Positions 18,795 through 29,325 are shown, counted from the first letter of the stretch. The stretch: 64,000 nt of DNA from an uncultured bacterium (GCA_964584495.1 CAZPAH010000002.1:17775-81774); one strand, 5' to 3'. Program-made: numbers and translations. The notes: generated from the sequence alone by a model not told the origin.

Positions 18795-20783
18795 CTACTT
18801 TCCGTCCCCGCCCGCCAGGGAGTACCGGTACATGAACAGGGAAAGTAGGATAATCATCACGATCGCGACGATCTCACCGGAATTCTCCGAATAGGAAAGC
18901 TTCAAAAACGATTCCCAGCCCAAGGCCGCTATGACGGCGGCTACAACCCCGGCGATCGAACCTCCCGCTATAAACCCCGAGGCAACGAGTATCCCCCGTT
19001 CCTTTCTCTCTTTCGCCTTTTTCTCGTCCCTGCTGCTGTTGCCTACCAGGTAGGAGATAAATCCCCCGACGAGAACGGCGGTATTGAGCTGTATCGGTAG
19101 ATACATCCCGAGCGCGAAGGCCAGGGCGGGTACACCCGACATCGCGAGTATCACGGATATTATCACACCGAAGGAGAAGAGTATCCACTGTACCCCCGCT
19201 TCCGGTCCCATCAGCCCGAAGATGATCTCCTTCATCGCGGATGCTTGGGGAGCCGGCATCTCCAGGGATCCCAGAGTATAGGTCCTTGCGAGCAACATCA
19301 TCGCCAGTCCGCAGAAAACGGCCGAAACCGTTATTCCGAGAAACTTGAAGACCTGCTGATTCCTAGGGGTCGCCCCGATCCAGTATCCGACCTTCAGGTC
19401 GGTCGCGAAGGCGCCGGCGACCGCCAGCGCAGTGCAGACCACTCCACCGATTATCAGCGCCACGAACATTCCCGGCTTCCCGGAGAGTCCCACCCTGGTC
19501 AATATTACGCTTGTTATAATGAGCGTCGCCAGTGTCATCCCCGACACCGGATTGGTTCCTATCAACCCTATGGCCCTGGCTGCGACCATCGTGAACAGGA
19601 ACGATATGCCGAGGGCCAGAAGTATTCCTATCGTGCTGACCTGGGAATTTGCGAGCCCCCCCCTGAAGAAGAGCCAAAGGCAGAGGGCTATCGCCGCCAC
19701 CCCGATCAAGACATCCCGCATGCTCAAATTCCTGTCGGTCCGCTTCTCGTGGAGTTCCCCTCTAGAGGCAGCCATCCCCTTGACCCCCAGCATGAAAGAT
19801 TTTCCAATCGAGGGAATACTCTTTATAATTCCCATAATACCGGCGCCGGCGATGCCGCCGATACCGATCAAGCGGACGTAGCTGACGAATATGTCATCAA
19901 CGCCCATCTCTGAGATCGGCACGGTCGCGGGGGGAATGATCCCGGCAAGGTGCGAGCCGAAATAATGAACGAGAGGGACGATGACCAGGAATGAGAGGAA
20001 AGATCCCGCGGCGATAATAGATGCGTATTTTATCCCTACGATATAGCCCAGCCCGATTATCGCCGAAAGCCCGTCGACCCTGACGGCCATGGCGAACCGG
20101 CGTTCGAGCCATTTTCCGATCCATACAGCCTTGAACGAGATAATCTCGCGCCAGAGTCCGAAAGTCAAAATGCATAGATCGAAAACGAATCCTACGAACG
20201 CGGACCAGATCAGTATCGTCGCCTGCCTCCCGGCTCCCTGGCCCGCCACGAGTATCTCCGTCGTGGCCATCGCCTCGGGGAAAGGGAGCTTTCCGTGCTC
20301 CTTGACCATCAGGTAGTCCCTGAGCGGTATAAGGAATAGGACGCCCAGGCATCCTCCGAAGAAAGCGGTAAGGAATATATGCCAGAAGGAAACCTTCACG
20401 TCGAGCATGTAGAGCGCCGGTATGGTGAAAACGGCCCCCGCCACTACGGCGCTGGAGGCGGCTCCGACGGATTGGATGATGACATTCTCCAGGATCGTGC
20501 TTTTGCGGGCGAATATATTGGCCAGCCCTATGGCGAGGATAGCTATCGGTATCGCCGCCTCCATCCCCTGCCCGGTCTTGAGCGCCAGGTACGCGGAGGC
20601 GAGCGAGAATATCATCGCCATAATCAGCCCTATCCCGACGGATCGAAGCGTGACCTCGAAGGGAGAGCTTTCTGCGGGAACTATCGGGTGATATGTTTCA
20701 CCCTCGCCCAGGGTCCTGTACGCTTCCGGGGGAAGCTTTTTCGGAACGTCAACCATCGCAAATCCTTTCTCCGGTTTTTCCAT
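18795..20783 (-). CDS. OPT-family oligopeptide transporter
   Basis: About 660-aa polytopic protein. N-terminal region (PEAYRTLGEGETYHP...EVTLRSVGIGLIMAMIFSLASAYLALKTGQGMEA) and overall topology match the OPT superfamily. Start is chosen at MEKPEKG; MVDVPKK about 27 nt downstream is an alternative. Confidence 0.7.
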   Translation of the reverse strand: MEKPEKGFAMVDVPKKLPPEAYRTLGEGETYHPIVPAESSPFEVTLRSVGIGLIMAMIFSLASAYLALKTGQGMEAAIPIAILAIGLANIFARKSTILENVIIQSVGAASSAVVAGAVFTIPALYMLDVKVSFWHIFLTAFFGGCLGVLFLIPLRDYLMVKEHGKLPFPEAMATTEILVAGQGAGRQATILIWSAFVGFVFDLCILTFGLWREIISFKAVWIGKWLERRFAMAVRVDGLSAIIGLGYIVGIKYASIIAAGSFLSFLVIVPLVHYFGSHLAGIIPPATVPISEMGVDDIFVSYVRLIGIGGIAGAGIMGIIKSIPSIGKSFMLGVKGMAASRGELHEKRTDRNLSMRDVLIGVAAIALCLWLFFRGGLANSQVSTIGILLALGISFLFTMVAARAIGLIGTNPVSGMTLATLIITSVILTRVGLSGKPGMFVALIIGGVVCTALAVAGAFATDLKVGYWIGATPRNQQVFKFLGITVSAVFCGLAMMLLARTYTLGSLEMPAPQASAMKEIIFGLMGPEAGVQWILFSFGVIISVILAMSGVPALAFALGMYLPIQLNTAVLVGGFISYLVGNSSRDEKKAKERKERGILVASGFIAGGSIAGVVAAVIAALGWESFLKLSYSENSGEIVAIVMIILLSLFMYRYSLAGGDGK

Positions 20784-21036
20784 TTTCCGCACCCGGCGCC
20801 CCGGGCAAGAACCAGTCAAACCTATCGCCCCGGTTCGCTCGATATCGAGGGAAGATCATATCACTCCCGTCATGAGCCGGCCAGCCTTTTCACGCGGGAC
20901 TCCGGCGGCGCCGCGGGCAGCAAATCCTTGACCGGCACTGCGGTTTAGAGGTTATACTCCACCATGCAGCCGGATACTCGCGACTCGGCGCAGACGGCTG
21001 CAGGTGGGGCGTAAAGGAAGGAAAGCGAGGCGCAAG

Positions 21037-22272
21037 ATGAAGGAATCACGGGAAGCTTTTTCGAGAAGGTCCTTTCTCGGAACGGGGATCGCGGGGATCG
21101 TCGGTGCCGGGCTGGGGATTGCCGGAAGCCCGGTCCTGCTGGAGGGACAGACCGACCCTCCTCGGGAAAATGAAAAGAGCAAGAAAGAGGAGAAACCACG
21201 GATAAAGAGCTACCGGAGGCTCGGCCGCACGGGATACAAGGTCTCCGACCTGGCTTTCGGCAACGCCGGCATGCAGGACACATCGCTGCTGGAATACGCC
21301 ATGGAGCGCGGAATAAACTACGTCGATACGGCCCGCCAGTACTACGACATGGAGGTCTTGATCGGAAAGCTCTTTCCGGCCAAGAGGGACAAGCTGTTTG
21401 TGACAACAAAGCTGGAACCGGAACTTTTCACCGCCGAAACGACCGAGGCGCAGATAACCAAGGCGCTCGAGGAAAGCCTTCAGCGGCTCAACACCGATTA
21501 CGTCGATTGCTGCCTCGTACACTCGGTGGGCGACCCGAACCTCGGCGGCCCCGAAAGGATCCGGAACCCGGCGATACAGGAGGCGTTCGAGAAGGCTAAA
21601 AAAGCGGGGAAGGCGAGATTCTGGGGCGCCAGCTCCCACGGTCCCCTGATGATCGAGGATTTCACATGGCTTATCGAAAACACGGAGATAGACTTGATCA
21701 TGCCCGGTATGAATCGCATGACACGCGGTCTCGAACCCGTTCTGGCCAAGGCTAAGCAGAAGGATATCGCCGTCGCCGCGATGAAATCGCTCTCCGCGGC
21801 AAGGAAGATAGACTATTCGGAGTATATGAAGGAGGGAACGACGGCGCGCCAGGCCCTTCTCAAATGGATGCTGGCCCAGCAGAATATGGACACGATAACG
21901 ATCACGATGCGCACCTTCGAGGATATCGACGAGTTTGTAGCCGTATCGGGAAATCCTAAGATCTCCTCGGCGGAATCGAAGGTGCTCACCGGGTACTGCT
22001 CGCTCCTCGACCACGACTATTGCCGTCCCGGATGTGACGGGTGTTTGGATGCGTGCCCGATCGGTATTCCGATCCACGACATACTCAGGTACAGGCTCTA
22101 CTTCAACAATTACGGCAGGGAAAAATACGCGATGGGGATGTATGCCAAGCTGCCCGATTCCAAGAAAGCGTCCAGCTGCCTCTCCTGCGATGGGAGATGC
22201 TCCGGCTCATGTCCGTTCGGTCTGGATATAAGAGGTAAGCTTGTCGAGGCTCATTCCGATCTCGTCATATAG
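21037..22272 (+). CDS. aldo/keto reductase with Tat signal peptide and C-terminal Cys-rich (Fe-S-like) domain
   Basis: Twin-arginine motif SRRSFLGTGIAGIVGAGLGIA. AKR TIM-barrel core (GINYVDTARQYYD, catalytic Tyr/Lys region). C-terminal CRPGCDGCLDACP...CLSCDGRCSGSCPFG resembles Fe-S-binding tails of Fe-S AKRs. Start is at the ATG after an AAGGAAGGAAAG RBS; the track starts at an upstream GTG. Confidence 0.7.
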   Translation: MKESREAFSRRSFLGTGIAGIVGAGLGIAGSPVLLEGQTDPPRENEKSKKEEKPRIKSYRRLGRTGYKVSDLAFGNAGMQDTSLLEYAMERGINYVDTARQYYDMEVLIGKLFPAKRDKLFVTTKLEPELFTAETTEAQITKALEESLQRLNTDYVDCCLVHSVGDPNLGGPERIRNPAIQEAFEKAKKAGKARFWGASSHGPLMIEDFTWLIENTEIDLIMPGMNRMTRGLEPVLAKAKQKDIAVAAMKSLSAARKIDYSEYMKEGTTARQALLKWMLAQQNMDTITITMRTFEDIDEFVAVSGNPKISSAESKVLTGYCSLLDHDYCRPGCDGCLDACPIGIPIHDILRYRLYFNNYGREKYAMGMYAKLPDSKKASSCLSCDGRCSGSCPFGLDIRGKLVEAHSDLVI

Positions 22273-22290
22273 AAAGAGTGGAGGACTATC

Positions 22291-23085
22291 ATGAACAAAT
22301 ACGTAACGATACCGGGAACGGCGCGCTCGGCGATGCTCGCCTGCCTTGCCTTCATAGCTGTTATATCCGGCTGCTCCGGCGGAGAGATAGATACGAAAGA
22401 TCCCGCCCGAAAAGTCCTCGCGGAGTCGGTGAAGGCGATGGGCGGTTTGAAGAGAGCCTCGGGATGGAAAACGAGGATAGAGAAGGGCGAGATGTTCTCG
22501 GACTTTCCCGGTTGGGGGAGGTTGCAGGCCAAATGCGCCAGGTACGTCGAGAAGCCGGACAAGATATTCATCGATCAGGATTACAGCGCTTTCGATAATC
22601 CGTTCTATTTCTCTTATACGTACAATAACGGCGTCGCGTGGCAGGAGGTCAACATGGGTATAAGGCAGAATCCCGCCACGACGGCATACCTCGAGAGGCA
22701 GCTGAAAACGATCGATGGAGCGGCATACTATCTTACCGGCTGCGATACATTCTTTATCGTTACCGATGTCGAAGACGATTCCCTGCTCACGGCTTCCAGG
22801 CTGGAACGAATCGGATGCGTCGACGAGGGGGACACCGCCTATTTCGATATCTGCAGGGAGACCCACCTCCCGCTGAGAATGATAGCGAAGGAGCGGGGAA
22901 GCCTCCTTCACACCATACTGGATGATTACAGAAAAACGGGAGGTCTGAAAGTCCCGTTCCACCTGACCGTTTACAGGGACGGCCGAAAGGCGTCAGAGTA
23001 CAGATGGGAGGAGATTTCTTTCGGTTCCAGAATCGACCCTGAGATCTTCGAAAAGAACCGTCCCGCAGACAGCGGGGGCCCGTGA
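22291..23085 (+). CDS. hypothetical lipoprotein (possibly LolA-like fold)
   Basis: Signal peptide with lipobox ISGCSG. Beta-rich 240-aa body. Weak resemblance to LolA-like/DUF4292 outer-membrane lipoprotein-sorting-like proteins; not verifiable without profile search. Confidence 0.45.
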   Translation: MNKYVTIPGTARSAMLACLAFIAVISGCSGGEIDTKDPARKVLAESVKAMGGLKRASGWKTRIEKGEMFSDFPGWGRLQAKCARYVEKPDKIFIDQDYSAFDNPFYFSYTYNNGVAWQEVNMGIRQNPATTAYLERQLKTIDGAAYYLTGCDTFFIVTDVEDDSLLTASRLERIGCVDEGDTAYFDICRETHLPLRMIAKERGSLLHTILDDYRKTGGLKVPFHLTVYRDGRKASEYRWEEISFGSRIDPEIFEKNRPADSGGP

Positions 23086-23115
23086 CGGGATCTCTCAACG
23101 GTGTCCCGGCGCTTG

Positions 23116-24612
23116 CTACACGCCCGCCTCGGGCAGGGGGAGGAGTATATCGGCCCTGGTGCCTTCCCCAAGCTTGCTTTCGAGCTTGAAGGTGCCACCG
23201 TGATCCTTGATTATCCTGTACGCTATAGGTAGTCCCAGCCCGGCTCTGTCCTGCCTTCTATGAGTGGTAAAGAACGGCTCGAGGGCTCTGTCGCCTTCAC
23301 GTTCCGACATACCCTCGCCGTTATCGATAACACTTATCCTTAGATATTTTTTCGGCTGTTGTTTAGTGAAGGACTCCGTATCGGGCGGTGAGAACGAAGC
23401 CGCCGCCGCTTCGATCCTCAAAAGCCCCCCTTCAGGCATCGCATCGGCGGAATTGATGCAGATATTGAGAATGGCCCTCTCGATCTGTCCCCTGTCGATG
23501 CAAACGGTCTCCAGCCCTTCCTCGCACCGGCAGACTATCCTTATGCCGGGGGGAAAGGTCCTCTGGAGCAGGCGGCTGAGAGATTGTATGATCTCCGCGG
23601 CCGATTCTTCTTTTCTGCGGGGCAACGTGTTGTTGCCGAGCGACTGGAGTTTCCTCGTATATTCGCCGGCCTGCTCGGTCGCGTTGAGGATCTCCTCGAG
23701 ATCTTTCCTGATCGGATTATCATCTTCCAGTCCCGAAAGGACCAGTGTGGCCAGACCCGTGATCCCGCATACGATATTATTAAAATCGTGGGCGATATCT
23801 CCCGCCAGATTGATAAGGGCTTCGACCCTCTGCGTGTTCAGATAGTTATGAGCCATTCTAGTCTGTTCGGTTATATCCCTCACGATACCGCACATCCCGA
23901 TCACCTTCCGGCGCTCGCCGTCGTAGAGCGGCACCTTGGATATCTGCAGGACCGTCTTCCGCCCATTCTTGACTATCGTCCTTTCGTAACGTACCTGTTT
24001 GCCCGAGAGTACGATTTCATCAGTGCCGTCCTCTTTCTCGATCTCTATCGCATTAAGAATTGTCATCCTCTTTCCGACTATCTCCCCGGCCGTCAACCCG
24101 GCCATATCGGCGAAAGCCTTGTTGGCCAGCGTATAGATGCCGTCGCAGTCCTTAGTGAATATCGCATCGTCGACGCCTTCGAATATCGCCTTGAGGAGCT
24201 CATTTCTTTCCGCAAGGGCCTTCTTGAATTTGTCGGCCTTATCGAGATCGATGACGAATCCCGTCATCGCCGCGAGATCCCCCTTCGAATCGAATATGGG
24301 GCTCGATGTGATCCGCACCGGAAAGATCACGCCGTCTTTCCGTTTGAAATCCATATCGATTTCAGAGGATCCGGTCTCCAGTATCGATCTTATCTTTCCG
24401 GGTATTTCCTCTATTCTTTCTTTGGGCCAGAAGGGGTAAGGGGGGGTTGAACCGAGCAGCTCTTCGGTCGTGAAGGATACCATTTTGCAAAAAGCGTCAT
24501 TGACATCAATAATGACGCCTCCCTTGTCTATGACAAGAATGGCTATCGCTGCTTCCTTGAAAATGGTCCGGCTGTACTCCAGCTCTTCCATTTCTATCCC
24601 GTCGTTTCGCAT
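23116..24612 (-). CDS. PAS-domain sensor histidine kinase (cytoplasmic)
   Basis: Two PAS-like modules (IDVNDAFCKMVSFTTEELLG...; GIYTLANKAFADMAGLTAGEIVG), H-box AHDFNNIVCGITG, and HATPase_c N/G boxes (DNGEGMS; GLGLPIAYRIIKDHGGTFKLES). No TM segments. Confidence 0.8.
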   Translation of the reverse strand: MRNDGIEMEELEYSRTIFKEAAIAILVIDKGGVIIDVNDAFCKMVSFTTEELLGSTPPYPFWPKERIEEIPGKIRSILETGSSEIDMDFKRKDGVIFPVRITSSPIFDSKGDLAAMTGFVIDLDKADKFKKALAERNELLKAIFEGVDDAIFTKDCDGIYTLANKAFADMAGLTAGEIVGKRMTILNAIEIEKEDGTDEIVLSGKQVRYERTIVKNGRKTVLQISKVPLYDGERRKVIGMCGIVRDITEQTRMAHNYLNTQRVEALINLAGDIAHDFNNIVCGITGLATLVLSGLEDDNPIRKDLEEILNATEQAGEYTRKLQSLGNNTLPRRKEESAAEIIQSLSRLLQRTFPPGIRIVCRCEEGLETVCIDRGQIERAILNICINSADAMPEGGLLRIEAAAASFSPPDTESFTKQQPKKYLRISVIDNGEGMSEREGDRALEPFFTTHRRQDRAGLGLPIAYRIIKDHGGTFKLESKLGEGTRADILLPLPEAGV

Positions 24613-25124
24613 GTGTCTTGCCTCTTTTAAAACGAGAGCCGGGCTGGTAACGGGGCGTGAAGCGGTCGATCCTACGTACAGGCACGTCGACCATAATCAC
24701 GCCCGGTATCCCCTCCTTTTTTCTATCGGCCGGAAAGACCGGGCCCTTTACATTTTTTACCCGGGGGCTACCGGGAAACTCTTTGTCATTCGTAAAGATC
24801 CGGATCCCCCCCCGAGCACGACAGCAGCGCGGCGGACGCCGAGCGGCGGCCTTGTCATATTTCTTGCATAAATCCCCGCGAGCGGCGGTCATTAATGGTA
24901 AAACCGGCAGTTTGAAAGGAGCAAGGGTGTTTTGAAACGGAGAATCAACTCACACAAGCCGAAACATGCTCATCGTAAATCACAGGAAGAACGAAGAACA
25001 AACCGGACCATCGATAAATCCGAAAAGAAAATAAGGAAATACGGATTGACAGACGGAAACTTCGAGGAGGGAGAGAACGGCAACGAGGAGAGAGACCTTG
25101 CCACGAGCCTTCCCGAGTAGCGAT

Positions 25125-26231
25125 TCACTTTAAAGCATCCAACAAATCCTGCCTCGTCACTATACCGACGATAGACCCCTTTTCGTCGGTAACCGGGACG
25201 AGGCTGTATCCTCTGCCCATGATAAGCCGGTACAATCCCTCGGCCGGATCCGAGCCCTCTGCGCTTTCAAGGAGCCGGGGAAGCTCGATTACCTCTGCGA
25301 CCGCGGTGTCGGACCACCGATCCCTGGCGATATCCCTGAAATCCTCTAGTTTGACAAGGCCTGCAAATCTCCCTCCGATCACTACCGGAAAAGAATCGTA
25401 CCTGTACCTGAGAAAGTATTCCTCGACAAGGGTCTCGAGATCGAGCGAGCCGTCTACCGACACCGGTTCTCTCCTCATTATGTCGGATACCTTCCTCTCT
25501 GCGAGTATCTGCGCGAAGGCGGCATTCCTGTAGCCCGTCGATGCCGCATGCTTTAGAAAGAATCCGATGAATATCATCCATGCTCCGCTGATTAAATTAT
25601 TCTGAAAGAGGATATTCACGACTCCAAGGCCTATCAGCAAAATAGCGAATCCGCTTCCAATCCTGCCCGCCGTTCTGGTGGCCGCTATCATCTCCCCTTT
25701 CCTCATCCATAGGATACTCCGCAGTATTCTGCCGCCGTCCAATGGAAAGCCGGGAACCATGTTGAAAATGAATATCCCTATATTGATTCCGGCCACCGTC
25801 ACGAACAGCGTCTTTATGAGGAAGACCGGAGCCGACAACCAGGCCAGGAGTAAATATACCCCGATGAGAAGAAGTGTCATGGCCGGGCCGGCGGCCGCTA
25901 TCTTCAATTCGAGGTGCGGATCATCCACCTCCCTGCTCATGCTGGCGACGCCTCCGAACATGAACAGCGTTATCTTGTTGATCTTGAGCCCGTTCCTCAT
26001 CGCCACGAGAGAATGACTGAATTCGTGAATGAGAATCGAAGCGAAAAGCATCAGGGCCGTAAGAAGAGAAAGTATCCACAGCGACAAGCCGGTAAAGACC
26101 CCCGGGTAGCTTTCCGGAAAATAACCGGTTGCGAAGGTCGATACGACGAGCACGAGCACGAGCACCCAGCTTACGTTGAGCTCCACCGGAATGCCCCAAA
26201 GCCTGAACAGACGCACACTACTCTTGAACAT
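25125..26231 (-). CDS. M50-family (site-2-protease-like) zinc metallopeptidase with tandem CBS domains
   Basis: HEFSH (HExxH) in a TM helix plus further TM helices. C-terminal pair of CBS domains (VSDIMRREPVSVDG...; GRGYSLVPVTDEKGSIVGIVTRQDLLDALK). Confidence 0.75.
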   Translation of the reverse strand: MFKSSVRLFRLWGIPVELNVSWVLVLVLVVSTFATGYFPESYPGVFTGLSLWILSLLTALMLFASILIHEFSHSLVAMRNGLKINKITLFMFGGVASMSREVDDPHLELKIAAAGPAMTLLLIGVYLLLAWLSAPVFLIKTLFVTVAGINIGIFIFNMVPGFPLDGGRILRSILWMRKGEMIAATRTAGRIGSGFAILLIGLGVVNILFQNNLISGAWMIFIGFFLKHAASTGYRNAAFAQILAERKVSDIMRREPVSVDGSLDLETLVEEYFLRYRYDSFPVVIGGRFAGLVKLEDFRDIARDRWSDTAVAEVIELPRLLESAEGSDPAEGLYRLIMGRGYSLVPVTDEKGSIVGIVTRQDLLDALK

Positions 26232-26269
26232 AGAATCACCCGGGTGAGATTTAACCCTCGATCGGTCCT

Positions 26270-26629
26270 TTAAAGCTCATCCTCCTCGAGGCATTTGACG
26301 AAATTGTTTTTTCCGTCAACCTCGATGAAGATCGGATGAGCCTGGCCGGAGGACCACGAGAAGGCCATTATATCGACGAGGTCGCCCTTGTTGATCAGGT
26401 GGGCGGCGGCCCCGTTCATGCAGATAATCCCCGATCCCCTCCCGCCTTTGATCACGTAGGTTTCAAGCCTCTTACCGTTTGTGCGGTCGACGACATGAAC
26501 GTTCTCATGCTCGCTGAGATTGGCGCGATCGATCAGATCTTCATCAATCGTGATGGACCCCACGTATCTCAGGTCGGCTTGTGTGATCTTGGCTTTGAGG
26601 ATCATCGATTTTAACAAAAGGCGTTTCAT
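26270..26629 (-). CDS. panD: aspartate 1-decarboxylase proenzyme
   Basis: MKRLLLKSMILKAKITQADLRYVGSITIDEDL is near-identical in pattern to the PanD N-terminus, including the Gly-Ser self-cleavage site (YVGSITID). 119 aa. Confidence 0.85.
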   Translation of the reverse strand: MKRLLLKSMILKAKITQADLRYVGSITIDEDLIDRANLSEHENVHVVDRTNGKRLETYVIKGGRGSGIICMNGAAAHLINKGDLVDIMAFSWSSGQAHPIFIEVDGKNNFVKCLEEDEL

Positions 26630-26807
26630 GGAGTTCTCCTATTGCCGTGCGAACGCGGCGTCGTCACGGGCTCGAATCAACGCGTGTTTCGTATTATACC
26701 AGATCGACCGCTTGATTTCATCTATATTCTGCCTTTCGGCCTGCCTTTCGGAGCAAATCGTATTTCGAATGAGGTACGCAAAGACCGCACGAGCTCGAGC
26801 GGCCGGC

Positions 26808-28028
26808 TTATCCCCTCATCCTGTTGAAGCCGAGAAGATAGAGCATTAGATATTTCATTTTGAAAAGGCGCATTTTCCAGGCGGAACCTTCCCTCCCCGC
26901 GAATCTATCCAGGGTCGCGATGAAAAAAGCCGGATCGATGCGCTTGGTTATCTGCCGCCCCTTCCATAACCATGGGGAACAGCAGCCGATCCTGTTGATC
27001 TCCGACGGCTCCTGGCCGAAAACATTTTTCCTGTCAGGGTCCCAGAAGTGGGTCGTTGTCGCGAGATATCCGGCTTCCCGGGCGATCATTCTTGCTACGG
27101 GGCCGATCCCGCCGCCCGGCCAGCACAGAAAATCGATGGTGGTTCCCAATCCCGACGACAGGATCTCACGGGACCCGGCCAGCTCGTCGCGGACTCGCCT
27201 CTCGAATTCCCCGTCCGTCTCCATCCTCCCCCCTTCACCTGCCACCTTCGAGAGATCATCGAGCTCCGAACGCCAGCCGTGCCGCTCGAAAAACTCCGGC
27301 CCACCGTTCTCCGCCACATGGCGAACCAGCCTTCCGGTAAGATCGCGGTCCTCGAAATAGCGCTTTCCCGAAAGAGACTTGCCGTGACTGTATATGGGCG
27401 TTCCGTATGGGATTTCCTTTCCGATGTCGAGATTCATGTACTCGTGCTTTCTTCCGGGAAAGAGATTCCAGAAAAGCCAGGGCGGGGTTGCATATCCCTC
27501 GATCCCGCGGGGTCTGTGATAATCGAGTATCTCGGGGCCGTCGAAATACCAGGTATGTGTTTTCGCGTGGGACTGTATTTCGATATGCCCCGAAGCAGTC
27601 ATTTCCTTCATTTCCGCCCAGGAAAGAAACCCCGTCGCTCTTAGATCATCCTCTACCATGAGGCCGTTCCAACAATCCTCGATCGTCGGCCGCCTGCCGG
27701 CATAGGGATCTATAAAATCGGTCGTCATCCAGATGACGCCGCGATGGCCGTACTTCTTGAGAAGCGGGTATGCGTATACCCAGTTGTCGAGATATCCGTC
27801 GTCGAAGGTGAGCACCACGGGCTTCTCGGGCAGCGGCGCGCCCGTTTTCATATGATCGTGCAGCCGGGCGAGCGTGATCGCCGTCCATCCCTCATCCCTG
27901 AGCATCCTCATCTGCCCTTCGAAGACGTCGAGCGGGATAACGAGGTGGTTCCATATCCAATCGGGGTGTTCCGGACCCACACCGTGGTACATTACTACCG
28001 GAATCCCTGCCGGTCCGCTACTCTTCAT
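26808..28028 (-). CDS. polysaccharide deacetylase family protein (carbohydrate esterase family 4-like)
   Basis: NodB-homology motifs VVLTFDDGYLDNW and HGVIWMTTDFI plus a downstream His-rich region. 11-nt overlap with the upstream GT4 gene. Confidence 0.7.
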   Translation of the reverse strand: MKSSGPAGIPVVMYHGVGPEHPDWIWNHLVIPLDVFEGQMRMLRDEGWTAITLARLHDHMKTGAPLPEKPVVLTFDDGYLDNWVYAYPLLKKYGHRGVIWMTTDFIDPYAGRRPTIEDCWNGLMVEDDLRATGFLSWAEMKEMTASGHIEIQSHAKTHTWYFDGPEILDYHRPRGIEGYATPPWLFWNLFPGRKHEYMNLDIGKEIPYGTPIYSHGKSLSGKRYFEDRDLTGRLVRHVAENGGPEFFERHGWRSELDDLSKVAGEGGRMETDGEFERRVRDELAGSREILSSGLGTTIDFLCWPGGGIGPVARMIAREAGYLATTTHFWDPDRKNVFGQEPSEINRIGCCSPWLWKGRQITKRIDPAFFIATLDRFAGREGSAWKMRLFKMKYLMLYLLGFNRMRG

Positions 28029-29280
28029 TCCATCCCCCGGTCTCCGTCCCTTTACCGGGCCGGCCCTTCCCCCGGTACAATTCGAGATAAAGTTTCCCCA
28101 CCCTATCCGCCACGCTCCTCATGCCGTAGCCGGCCTCTATATCGGCGGCCGCTTTTCGACCTAGGCGCGCGGAAAGATCCGGCTCGGCCAGAACCCTCTC
28201 CATCGCCTCTGAGAGGGCCCCCGCATCGCCCGGCGGAACGAGCATGCCGTTTCCGCCACTCTCTATAGTCTCGGGGATCCCCCCAACCGCCGTCGCGACG
28301 ACCGCTTTGCCGGCGGCCATCGCTTCCAGCATCGAGACGGGAAGCCCTTCGCGGATGGATGATAATACAAACAGATCGGCCGCTTCAAGAAGGTCGGGGA
28401 TATCACGCCTCGATCCCGGCAGGACGAAACTCCCCTCCAATCCGAGTTCCGCAGCCTTCGCCAGTATCTCATCCCGGCGGGGACCGTCCCCGGCGATAAC
28501 GCATCTCGCTTCGGGAACCTTCTTCTTCAAGATCGAGAAGCTCTCCGCCAGGAGGGTGTAATTCTTCTCCTCGACAAGCCTCCCCGCAGAGAAGATCAGC
28601 CTGTCTTCTTCTCCCCATCCGAACTCACTCATCACGGCGGCTTTTCCCTTTCCGCCTCCCGCGAAAGATGCGGGATCGACGGCGTTGGGGATATAGATCA
28701 ATTTCCCGGCGGGTGTCTTCTCCCTGTCCCTCCTGATTTCGAGGATATCCCTGCTTACGCATATCCGCATATCGGTAATCCGGTTGAGCAGCCTCTCCAT
28801 GAGAAGGTAGGCCCTGCCCTTCCACAACCCCTTGCCGTGTTCCGTCGTCACGAGCACCGGTACCCGGGCCGCCCGCGCCGCCAATCTCCCCACCACGTCG
28901 GCGAGCACCAGGTGACAGTGCACTACATCGAATCGGCCTTTCCTCAAGAAACGCACAAGCCTGTAAAACGCCGCCGGGAAAAATCTCATTCTGAAATCGA
29001 GGAAAAGTACCGTTTCGACAACGCCTGCGGCCTCCGCCTCCATCTCCCTGTCACCCCGCTTGAAAAGACAGAGGGACACCGACAGCCTGTCCCTGTCCAG
29101 ATGCTTCAACAATTCCAGGACCTGAACTTCCGCCCCCCCGATATGAAAACGCGGAAGCAGGACGCAGACCTTCAGCTTTCTTCCGGATTCTATCAATCTC
29201 ACCCTCCACGCACGGTTAAAGCGCCCCCCGTAGGGGGCTGCCGCATCAGGCGAGTAATGATACCCCCGCTCACGGTTCAA
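28018..29280 (-). CDS. glycosyltransferase family 1 (GT4)
   Basis: GT-B fold. C-terminal motif EGLPVSMLEAMAAGKAVVATAVGGIPETIESGGNGMLV typical of GT4. Start codon choice is uncertain. Confidence 0.75.
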   Translation of the reverse strand: MNRERGYHYSPDAAAPYGGRFNRAWRVRLIESGRKLKVCVLLPRFHIGGAEVQVLELLKHLDRDRLSVSLCLFKRGDREMEAEAAGVVETVLFLDFRMRFFPAAFYRLVRFLRKGRFDVVHCHLVLADVVGRLAARAARVPVLVTTEHGKGLWKGRAYLLMERLLNRITDMRICVSRDILEIRRDREKTPAGKLIYIPNAVDPASFAGGGKGKAAVMSEFGWGEEDRLIFSAGRLVEEKNYTLLAESFSILKKKVPEARCVIAGDGPRRDEILAKAAELGLEGSFVLPGSRRDIPDLLEAADLFVLSSIREGLPVSMLEAMAAGKAVVATAVGGIPETIESGGNGMLVPPGDAGALSEAMERVLAEPDLSARLGRKAAADIEAGYGMRSVADRVGKLYLELYRGKGRPGKGTETGGWNEE

Positions 29281-29325
29281 TCAAAGGTTTTTCGCGGCGG
29301 CACCGGTATCACCGTGAATCCAGAG

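Noticed and set aside
21046-22077. 343-aa minus-strand ORF
   Set aside because: Antisense to the well-supported Tat-AKR gene; Arg/Gly-rich nonsense composition. GC artefact.
24932-25120. 62-aa ORF in the A-rich intergenic region between the M50 protease and the PAS kinase genes
   Set aside because: Lys/Arg/Glu low-complexity translation of a purine-rich spacer, with no RBS. Likely a non-coding promoter or UTR region.
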